Source: Bacilli bacterium (GTDB lineage Bacteria; Bacillota_I; Bacilli_A; RFN20; CAG-826). Taken from it: 64,000 nucleotides of DNA. How positions within the stretch are numbered: the first letter of the stretch is position 1; the number at the start of each line of letters is the position of its first letter. Shown piece by piece: positions 48,501-56,132 of this stretch. The position numbers and the translations under genes are program-made. Location of the stretch: contig JAZQVN010000015.1 of NCBI GenBank assembly GCA_045631885.1, positions 2,452-66,451 of the forward strand, read 5' to 3'. The notes below the pieces were generated by a model. That model was given only the letters and a program-made list of their open reading frames with translations, searched no databases and had not been told where the DNA came from.

Positions 48501-48531
48501 AAAAAAACACCCCGGTTTCCCGAGGTGTATT
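48501..48531 (-). terminator. Intrinsic terminator of the 48550 subunit gene
   Basis: ACACCTCGG-gaaa-CCGGGTGT followed by a T-tract on the minus strand. Confidence 0.7.
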
Positions 48532-48549
48532 TGTTTGTTTATTGTTTAA

Positions 48550-49527
48550 TTATGCAGTAACAGCAGCACCTGTTCTTGCGTAGAATTTCATAGATCCTTC
48601 AATTTCGTAAATATCATTTGTTGAAAGAACGTTTTCATCAGAACCTTCTAACCAAGCAACAATTGTAACTGTTAATGTAACTTGATCACTTGCGTTTTTG
48701 TTCTTATAAAGAACAGTGCCTAAGTAATCAGCACGATCATCAGCTGTTGAAGTGGCTAAGCCATCAACGGCTAAACCACTAGTGAGTGTTGAGTTGTTTG
48801 TAGCATAATCGTTAGCGATTAAAACGGAATCTGAATAAGTTGAATATGTAGATGCTCCACCAGCATATCCTTCACATTTTGCTTCTGTTTCCATTGGAGC
48901 CCAAACTTTTTTGGCGGTTGGAGAAGCGGCAGGAGCAAGCATAGCGAATCTCATACCTTTAGAAACGCTTGCGGTTCCAGAGTTGTCTGTAAGTTTATCG
49001 CCATCAGCCATTGTGGAATTAACTTCATCAAAGAAGATATGGACATCGTGGTCGTCACCACCGAATGTGTATGTAATTTGAACATCCCATGTAACTGCAT
49101 AATAATATGCGTTTGTAGCAGTTGAACTAACTTTATAGTTAGCAGAAGTGCGAGATCCGTCTGTGCCTACTGCAACGAAAGATGTTTTATTAACGCCAGA
49201 AGCAGCTTCACTAACTGCAGCGTTGTCTGTGTATAAAACATCATTAACATGATCATATGAAGCATCTGTTAAGATAGCTTTATCTGAACTGCCAGCATTC
49301 CAGAATTGAATCATATCATTTGTGTTGGTCTTTGTGCCGGCCTTTGTACCAATGCCAGCGACACAAACTGCAGATAAGTTACCATCAACAGAGCCAACTG
49401 TGAATTTATCAACAAATGTATTGTATGTTCTATTCGCGGTGAACCATGCAACGGTACCGGAGACTGAAGCAGCGGTTGATAAGAGCAATAAGCCAAGAGC
49501 AGGAACTATAATTTTTGATTTTTTCAT
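48550..49527 (-). CDS. SipW-type signal peptide fibre subunit (probable major subunit)
   Basis: SVSGTVA/WFT (GTxAWF signature); GMRFAM; IVAWLEGSD; strong SD AAGGAG; own promoter and terminator. Confidence 0.8.
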   Translation of the reverse strand: MKKSKIIVPALGLLLLSTAASVSGTVAWFTANRTYNTFVDKFTVGSVDGNLSAVCVAGIGTKAGTKTNTNDMIQFWNAGSSDKAILTDASYDHVNDVLYTDNAAVSEAASGVNKTSFVAVGTDGSRTSANYKVSSTATNAYYYAVTWDVQITYTFGGDDHDVHIFFDEVNSTMADGDKLTDNSGTASVSKGMRFAMLAPAASPTAKKVWAPMETEAKCEGYAGGASTYSTYSDSVLIANDYATNNSTLTSGLAVDGLATSTADDRADYLGTVLYKNKNASDQVTLTVTIVAWLEGSDENVLSTNDIYEIEGSMKFYARTGAAVTA

Positions 49528-49701
49528 AATTTTTTAAAGTTCTCCTTAGTATAAACGACAAAAATCATCCAATTAAATTCTCTTTATTTAACTGAATGGA
49601 TGATAGATACTTTTGCATCGCATGTCGCCAATAAGGATGGGACTTCCTGATCGCTTTCGCTTTGCATAATTATTTTAATCTTATTTTTATTTTTTAAGCA
49701 A
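49528..49701 (-). promoter_or_regulatory. Promoter and structured ~135-nt 5' leader
   Basis: TTGCTT-18-TAAAAT; GC-richer leader; hairpin at 49564-49604 followed by TTTT. Confidence 0.5.
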
Positions 49702-49806
49702 GAAAAATCTTAATGTTCTTTAGAACAAAAAATAATTTGAAAGCACGCAACAGTGATCTTTTGTTGTTACTTAAACAAAAAATATCCCTTTACGGAATAT
49801 CTTTTT

Positions 49807-49943
49807 TTGCCAAGCAGGCCAGCCTGTTTACGGAAGCGACTAATCGTCCCAGGTCATGAGTTAGCTTCCCCCTGCATCGCTGATAATTCCACCCTATGGC
49901 TAGAGTGCGCCGTGGTCGCCAGCTGATTTTCCACCTTTGGCAA
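49807..49943 (-). ncRNA. Structured ncRNA of about 137 nt with its own promoter and terminator
   Basis: Closing stem TTGCCAA/TTGGCAA; internal stem GGAAGC/GCTTCC; GC-rich island; promoter TTGAAA(49977-49972)-18-TAAAAT(49953-49948); terminator at 49777-49801. Confidence 0.7.
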
Positions 49944-49966
49944 TTCTATTTTAAGTAGAACCATGT

Positions 49967-50374
49967 TTACTTTTCAACGATTTTCTTTAATAGATATATA
50001 CTTGTTATCACTTCTTTTTCATCACCACAACTTCTCGTGACAATCTTAATATATTTCATTTTATCATTCTTTTTTGTTCTTCTTCCAATATAGTTTCTAA
50101 AAACCTTTTTCTTTTTATCATTTTGAAGAGAATTCTTGTCTTTTAATATTTTAGGTATCTCGTTTATATCTGAAATACGCAGCCTGTGTTTCTTATTTGC
50201 AATATGTTCAAATATACTTTCCTTTCTTTTATTTTCTTCGAAATAAATGAGTTTTCCATCAAAAGCTAATAAAGGAATTGGTAAATTTTTAAGGGCGCTA
50301 ACAATGTTTTCATCAATTACCTCTCGTAACCACAACAAGATAATCGCGAAGTCTAACGATATCTTCTCTTTCAA
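49967..50374 (-). CDS. Small basic protein, possible BECR/PBECR-fold RNase
   Basis: EHI...H near the N-terminus, beta-rich YIKIV...VITSIY C-terminus, Lys-rich. Start uncertain. Confidence 0.5.
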   Translation of the reverse strand: MKEKISLDFAIILLWLREVIDENIVSALKNLPIPLLAFDGKLIYFEENKRKESIFEHIANKKHRLRISDINEIPKILKDKNSLQNDKKKKVFRNYIGRRTKKNDKMKYIKIVTRSCGDEKEVITSIYLLKKIVEK

Positions 50375-50750
50375 AAGTTGTTGAAAAATAATTGTCAGTC
50401 AATCCACCATCCCATAAACGCACATGGAGATCTAGCGATATATCTTCGCAGCATGGACCATTTTCGACCTTGGTGTCATGTCTTGGATGAAAAACAAATT
50501 CAAAATCAGGTTCAAAGAAAGACAATATTTTTGTCTTTTTCATCTTTTCATCAATGAGATTGTCGAGATATTCCACAAGAAGATCTACACACTCAGGCGT
50601 GAAAAGCTCTTCTCCATCTCTTTTATAATATATGATGTCTTTGAAGTTAAAACGAAATGAGGTTTTTATCCACCCAACTTCTTTGCTGTAGCCCCAACAT
50701 TTTAATTTGAAAACCATTCCTTGCAATTTGAAAGTAATCCAGTTCATCAT
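50313..50750 (-). CDS. Hypothetical protein (possibly WapI-like)
   Basis: F.EPDFEF..HP and W..GLT.NY pattern; weak recognition only. Confidence 0.45.
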   Translation of the reverse strand: MMNWITFKLQGMVFKLKCWGYSKEVGWIKTSFRFNFKDIIYYKRDGEELFTPECVDLLVEYLDNLIDEKMKKTKILSFFEPDFEFVFHPRHDTKVENGPCCEDISLDLHVRLWDGGLTDNYFSTTFEREDIVRLRDYLVVVTRGN

Positions 50751-51016
50751 AACGATGACATTTTTATATATTTTGTAGGTACAATCAATACTTATTTTAG
50801 GTGGATACTTTTATCCCTATATTTATATTTAGTTAGATACTTTGTATTTAATTAAATAGAAATATTAATATAAATATTGGGATACTTTTTTCGCGTTTTT
50901 TACTATAGTATTTTTGCGAAAACATTTCATGCCAAAATTAGAAAACGGATCCACCAGGACAGACCAAGCCCACGACTCTTTTTTATTGAATTTAAAAAGC
51001 GAACATCGCTGCTCAC

Positions 51017-52105
51017 TTAATCATCTTTGAATACGATGCAATTTTTGCCTTTGCCTTTAGCCCTGATGGCTTGCATATCGGCTTCGTTGAATATCTTTTC
51101 AAAGTCAAAATCTTTATCAACAGTGTAATAAGCTAGACCAATGGAGATTGTCACGCCATTTTTAATTCCGGCAACACTTGTTAATAAGTAATTAGCCTTT
51201 GCGACTAGTTCATCTCTAGTGAGATTTCTTTCAACAATTGCGAATTCATCCCCACCCCATCTCGCACATAAGGCGTGTGGGATTTCATTTAACTTCTTTG
51301 CGACCTCAATTAAGATTTCATTTCCGACTGTATGACCATATTTATCGTTATAAATCTTAAAATCATCAATATCGATAAACATTAGCCCAATAGTTTCACC
51401 TTCTTGAACTGTTAGATTGAGATTATTCACATAACTTAAATAATAAGCTTGGTTTTTTAAACCCGTGACGCTATCGGTGTTTGCATCTTGATAGTAGATG
51501 TCTTTAATTTTTTCTAATTTCTTAACAATCGTGCCATTAATTAAAGATAATAAATAACCAATAAGCGTGCACATTGAGTAATACAAAACTAATAATGCTT
51601 TCTTGACCCAGTCGTTTTCACTACCTGCCGCTCCTCTAGTTAAATTGCTAATCGGAGGAACAGCAAAAATGAGAACCATTATTGCTAATAAAGTAAGTGA
51701 TGCGATTAGTCCTTTCTTATGTCCAAAGAATAAACACAAGAAAATAGGGGCAATATTAATCCAGAATAAATAGATGGTATATGATGGAGCAAAGAAGACA
51801 TATAAAATCGATAAGGACATTATCAACAGCGTAGTGATGACTTCAAAAACGATTGTTTTGGAAACCTTGTTTTTTCTGAACATCACTATCTCCACGATTA
51901 ATAAAGCAATAAAGGCCACTAGATAAGAGGCGGCGATAATACCTAATTCAATTTCGTTATTGATGAAGTTAATAATCGTACAACCAGTACCGATAAGGGA
52001 AAAGATAATTGAAGTTAAAACCAAAAAAGTCTTAGTCCTACTGTTATGATCAATAAGGTTAAGCGTGGCGTTATTCCATTTTTCACTGATTTTACTTTTT
52101 CCCAT
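51017..52105 (-). CDS. Multi-TM diguanylate cyclase (GGDEF)
   Basis: TDSVTGL, DIDDFK.YNDKYGH, RWGGDEF, TISIG, AD...AK..GKN. Confidence 0.92.
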   Translation of the reverse strand: MGKSKISEKWNNATLNLIDHNSRTKTFLVLTSIIFSLIGTGCTIINFINNEIELGIIAASYLVAFIALLIVEIVMFRKNKVSKTIVFEVITTLLIMSLSILYVFFAPSYTIYLFWINIAPIFLCLFFGHKKGLIASLTLLAIMVLIFAVPPISNLTRGAAGSENDWVKKALLVLYYSMCTLIGYLLSLINGTIVKKLEKIKDIYYQDANTDSVTGLKNQAYYLSYVNNLNLTVQEGETIGLMFIDIDDFKIYNDKYGHTVGNEILIEVAKKLNEIPHALCARWGGDEFAIVERNLTRDELVAKANYLLTSVAGIKNGVTISIGLAYYTVDKDFDFEKIFNEADMQAIRAKGKGKNCIVFKDD

Positions 52106-52195
52106 AATGTAGACAATTATAATACTAATTTTATAAAAATTAATAGGAAAAAATAAATCAAAACTTGATTTTTTGAATTTGAAAAAACAATTTGA

Positions 52196-52873
52196 TTATT
52201 TATCTTCTTTTGGAGAAAGGGCTTTAACTAGTAAAACTCCAAAGACTGGACCAATGGAATTAAATAAGATACATAACACCATATTGATCGCAGCTTCTCC
52301 TCCCCATGCATTAGCGAATGAGAAGTAGAACATATTAGCGATACAGTGTTGGAAACCCGAATAAACAAAGATAAAAACAAATAGAACTAATAAGCCAGTT
52401 CCGAGTATAGAAATACGTTTATAGGCAAAGCATTTCACCGCGAGATAAACACAGATTCCACATAAAGTGGACTTAATAATACAAGATAAGAAATCATTAA
52501 AAGAATTAAATGATAACCTGACCGCCGCAGCGCCCATCGAGGTGTTCATAATATCTAAATCCTTAAATATTGCAAAACATAAATATCCTAAACCCACCGC
52601 GCCTATCGCATTACCGATTAACATGATTGGTAAAGAGATATAAAACGCTTTTGATTGTTTCTTCTCATAAATGAGACCAATCTTTCCTGTATATAAGGAT
52701 AAATAAAATGTACAAACAGTGAATAAACCCACCGCGAATAATAACGAGCCTAATACTTTTCCTAATTCTCCTTCAACAAGGAAGGTCATTAAAATATATA
52801 AAAAGCCTCCTACACCGATAGATAATCCAGCGAGGATACCTTTTAAGAAAGAAAATAGTAATTCTTTTTTCAT
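52196..52873 (-). CDS. Formate/nitrite transporter family
   Basis: GILAG, LYTG, GN..G, FQHCIANM. Confidence 0.88.
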   Translation of the reverse strand: MKKELLFSFLKGILAGLSIGVGGFLYILMTFLVEGELGKVLGSLLFAVGLFTVCTFYLSLYTGKIGLIYEKKQSKAFYISLPIMLIGNAIGAVGLGYLCFAIFKDLDIMNTSMGAAAVRLSFNSFNDFLSCIIKSTLCGICVYLAVKCFAYKRISILGTGLLVLFVFIFVYSGFQHCIANMFYFSFANAWGGEAAINMVLCILFNSIGPVFGVLLVKALSPKEDK

Positions 52874-53347
52874 ATTCGACTCCAATCTAGCTATTTGCAG
52901 TTTCCAATTGTTGTTCATTTCCTCTTAATAAGAAAATAGATTTATTTCTATCATTATATTCTTTTGATAATAAATGAATTAGACAAATTTCAATTCCAGC
53001 GAATATCGCCACACTTCCAAAGACATATAAATAGATATCATAAATAAGATGGATATTACCGATGAAGGTATATGGGAAGAGGAATATCGCCGCACTCATG
53101 CACTTATTCGCGTATGTGTGTAACGCTGAAAACTTCTTATATTTAATCGCGCAGATAATGTAGCCCACTAATTGGAAAACAATAGGAACAATGATCATTA
53201 TCCAGTTAGCAATCGATAAATTCTCGATGAAGATTGGAAGCATTTTGAAACCCATTACACCGAGAAAAATGAGGTCAGTTGCACTATCAAGGATAGCGCC
53301 AACCTTACTAGAGAGATGGAACTTTCTAGCGATAAATCCATGTGAAC

Positions 53348-54793
53348 TCACTCGGCAATTGAATTACCGAGCATCTGGGTTGCATATTGGTTGATGATAT
53401 CTTCCAATATATATCCATCTGGGTAGTTCCTACCCGATATCCCTACGTTACCAGCCTTACCATTCCAATTTTGGTAATCTTCATTTAAAAACTGGTCTGT
53501 TACAGGAATATATTCTCTTCTTGGGTTAGATAATCCTTTAATAGGCGTATCAAAATCTAGAGAGAAGTTTTGTCGATATAATCTCATGATGTTAAATGCC
53601 CCGACTGCATCTGCATTATAGATATCGTTACCATCCATAAATAAACCACGATGTTTTCTTTTCGATTTATCATAATAATCTTTTGATACTGTTAATGATT
53701 TAGGAGAACATCCAGAAGAATATGCTTCATCGATGATAATTAGTTCAACTCCTTCTTTTTTGAGCTTATAGGAAAGATATTCATAGATTCTAGCAAAGCA
53801 TATAGCTCTCATATTCTGGTTATATCTGTGCTTATCTTTGTTAGAATTAAACTCTTTCTTTTGATGAAGGATACCCGTGACATCTCCAATGATCACTTTA
53901 GAGATATCATGATTGTTACAGTAGTTAACAATATATCTAGAGGCACGATGGAGGATGAGATTAATCCTTTTATTCTTAAGTTCATATAAATGTTTAATCT
54001 TATTAGTAGAGACTCCTTTCTTATGGTTAGGAAAACACTTATCATATATCGACTGATAATAAGCAATTCTTTTAGAGAAATAATAAGAAGTGTTTTGGAT
54101 TGAAGCTCCTGAGACAATAAATGAATATCCGTTATTGTCATAGACTGTTAACAGGTTCTTACTTCCAATATCAATGCTTATATAATGCTTATTATCTTCT
54201 TTTAATGATTTAACTTCTTCTTCATAGATGATATAGACTTTATATCTATTCTTATCCATATACACGAATTCCACTTGTTTAATAATAGAGAAAGTTCTTT
54301 TTAGAGGAATATAGAAGAAATCTTTTTCGATATTATATTTTTCTTTTAGATGCTGTTTAAGCCTACTAGGAATAGAAAAGCGGATTTGATTACTAGTAAC
54401 CTTAATAGAATTTTGAAGGTATTTAAAAGAAGTATGGGAGCCATCTTTCTTATAATAAGGGGAGTGTGGTTCTCCTTCATATTCTTTTAAATGTCCTTTT
54501 TCTTTCCTATATTCATATCTACTCTTAAGAGCGAAATAACTCTTCCAAGCTTCACTTAGCCTAGCAAGGACATCTTGACTGGTTTGGGCAGGTAAAGATT
54601 TATACCAGATATTATCCTTTAATCTTTTCTTTTGATCATACCAGTCTGGAATAGAGACAAATCCAAGACTTTTATATTCTTTTCTTTCATAATTACCAAC
54701 GTTGAATAATTTAGACGCTGCATAAGAAAGATGTCCAAGAATGATGGACAATTTCTCGTCTACTTTCAATTCAAATTGGTAAGTTAGTAGCAT
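53348..54793 (-). CDS. tnpB: RNA-guided endonuclease TnpB
   Basis: Helical N-terminus (LPAQTSQ..L...AWKSY); RuvC motifs ISIDIG, IIGD / IDEAYSS, NADAVGAFNI. Confidence 0.9.
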   Translation of the reverse strand: MLLTYQFELKVDEKLSIILGHLSYAASKLFNVGNYERKEYKSLGFVSIPDWYDQKKRLKDNIWYKSLPAQTSQDVLARLSEAWKSYFALKSRYEYRKEKGHLKEYEGEPHSPYYKKDGSHTSFKYLQNSIKVTSNQIRFSIPSRLKQHLKEKYNIEKDFFYIPLKRTFSIIKQVEFVYMDKNRYKVYIIYEEEVKSLKEDNKHYISIDIGSKNLLTVYDNNGYSFIVSGASIQNTSYYFSKRIAYYQSIYDKCFPNHKKGVSTNKIKHLYELKNKRINLILHRASRYIVNYCNNHDISKVIIGDVTGILHQKKEFNSNKDKHRYNQNMRAICFARIYEYLSYKLKKEGVELIIIDEAYSSGCSPKSLTVSKDYYDKSKRKHRGLFMDGNDIYNADAVGAFNIMRLYRQNFSLDFDTPIKGLSNPRREYIPVTDQFLNEDYQNWNGKAGNVGISGRNYPDGYILEDIINQYATQMLGNSIAE

Positions 54794-54794
54794 A

Positions 54795-54958
54795 TTACTC
54801 CTTTTCTTGCTTTTGGATATATTGTCTTATCGCCTCTTCTGATGTGGAACCAATCGTTTCTATCTTTGAAGTCAAAACCTTCCTTCGACATTTAGTGGAT
54901 CAAACAATATGATAATTAATATTAAAAAGCATGTTCGTCCATGCCTTAGTTCACCCAT
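54795..54958 (-). pseudogene. tnpA: Internally deleted, frameshifted IS200 Y1 transposase remnant
   Basis: MGELRHGRTC / NINYHIV*STKCRRKVL fused directly to ETIGSTSEEAIRQYIQKQ; the HUH core is missing. Confidence 0.85.
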
Positions 54959-55264
54959 ATCCAATTCCTCTACATATAGTATATCAAAAAAGTGGTAATT
55001 TTACCACTTAATATTCATACTATTTCAACATATTTACATCACATATGGTGAGGGTGGTGTTCTTATTGATTAAGGCTCATTTTCATCTCGGCAGTTGAAC
55101 AACTGAGGATTCCCATTCGGTATCCTAAAAAGATGATGATAATCGCACCAATAAGACGAATAGAGGTAATGATATTCGGGATGGCTATCGCATACTTTTT
55201 CATATTGGAAAATATTATAATTATTTTTTAAAAAGTTGTTAAGAACTTATCGGTGAGAAAAATA

Positions 55265-55313
55265 AAAAAAGCCGTGTTTTGCATTGATTTTCCTGCAAAA
55301 ACGCGGTTTTTTG
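55265..55313 (-). terminator. Terminator after the ZIP transporter gene
   Basis: AAAAAAGCCGTGTTTTGCA...TGCAAAAACGCGGTTTTTT inverted repeat. Confidence 0.7.
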
Positions 55314-55334
55314 TTTAAATTTAATATTTTGTTA

Positions 55335-56132
55335 TTATCCTAATGCGATGTCTAAAACCATCATTAGAACAAAGCCAGCGACGAATGACCAAACACCAAA
55401 GTGATGGATGGAATCGCCCTTCATATCAGGCACCATTTCTTCGATGATGACATAGAGCATACAACCTGCGGCAAAGGCAAGAGCCCAAGGCATGATAACT
55501 TGTACTTGCATTGCGAAGAATAAGCCAATCACCGCGGCGACTGGTTCAACTGCACCAGAGAGTGAACCGAATAAGAATGACTTCTTTGCACTATTACCAG
55601 CGCTTTGCATTGTTAAGGCAACAGCCGCACCTTCTGGAACATTTTGAATGCCCATACCAATGGCTAACATTAACGCACCCATAAGTAAGGTTGGATCTTC
55701 ATGACTCCATGTTGCAAGAGCGACACCATAAGCAATACCAACAGATAAACCTTCTGGGATGTTGTGGATGGTCACGGATAAAAACATTTTCGCGTTCCTA
55801 CTTAATCTAGTTGTCTTAATACCTTCTTCGTTGTTTTCTTGGTGAATATGAGGGACGAGTTTATCAATTCCCCAAATGAATAAAGCACCTACAACAATAG
55901 ATATGGCAACAACTAACCACGATGGCATATATTCAATTGGTTCTTTTGTTGCAGGAACGATAAGAGAAAAGATGGACGCTGCAAGCATAATGCCTGAAGC
56001 AAATCCAATAAATATTTGATTAATAGTTTGGGATATCTTTTTATTTCTAAAGAAGAAAACTAATGCAGAGCCTAATGCGGTGCATATAAAAGTAAGAGAT
56101 ATACCAATAATCGCGTTTACTACTGGTGGCAT
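55335..56132 (-). CDS. ZIP family metal transporter (ZupT/GufA-like)
   Basis: HNIPEGL, IQNVPEG, SGAVEP, AAGxMLYV. Confidence 0.92.
   Translation of the reverse strand: MPPVVNAIIGISLTFICTALGSALVFFFRNKKISQTINQIFIGFASGIMLAASIFSLIVPATKEPIEYMPSWLVVAISIVVGALFIWGIDKLVPHIHQENNEEGIKTTRLSRNAKMFLSVTIHNIPEGLSVGIAYGVALATWSHEDPTLLMGALMLAIGMGIQNVPEGAAVALTMQSAGNSAKKSFLFGSLSGAVEPVAAVIGLFFAMQVQVIMPWALAFAAGCMLYVIIEEMVPDMKGDSIHHFGVWSFVAGFVLMMVLDIALG

Larger units (their letters stand above)
53342..55124 (-). mobile_element. Non-autonomous IS200/IS605-family element (1783 bp)
   Basis: Related subterminal hairpins at 55087-55107 and 53351-53371; inserted 3' of TTAG; right end TCAC; no target duplication; carries a tnpA remnant and tnpB. 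Confidence 0.9.
52887..55203 (-). pseudogene. CDP-alcohol phosphatidyltransferase family gene split by an IS element (pieces 55203-55125 and 53341-52887)
   Basis: 5' piece MKKYAIAIPNIITSIRLIGAIIIIFL; 3' piece (D)GFIARK...SKVGAILDSATD. The pieces join in frame when 53342-55124 is removed. Confidence 0.85.

Noticed and set aside
43261-49527. Type IV pilins, sortase pilins, or a diversity-generating or shufflon cassette
   Set aside because: No class III G/FxxxE signal, LPxTG motif, sortase, reverse transcriptase, recombinase or near-identical DNA repeats were seen.
49807-49943. SRP RNA, RNase P RNA, group II intron end or a common riboswitch
   Set aside because: Lacks the SRP helix-8 motif, the RNase P P4 motifs, intron domain V and the riboswitch consensuses I can recognise.
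52887-53351. Standalone 154-aa gene from the ORF track
   Set aside because: It is the 3' fragment of the IS-split gene; its predicted start lies in the IS right end.
53342-55124. IStron (group I intron plus IS)
   Set aside because: The left end is only about 165 nt before the tnpA remnant, no group I core is visible, and the element ends in C rather than the terminal G.
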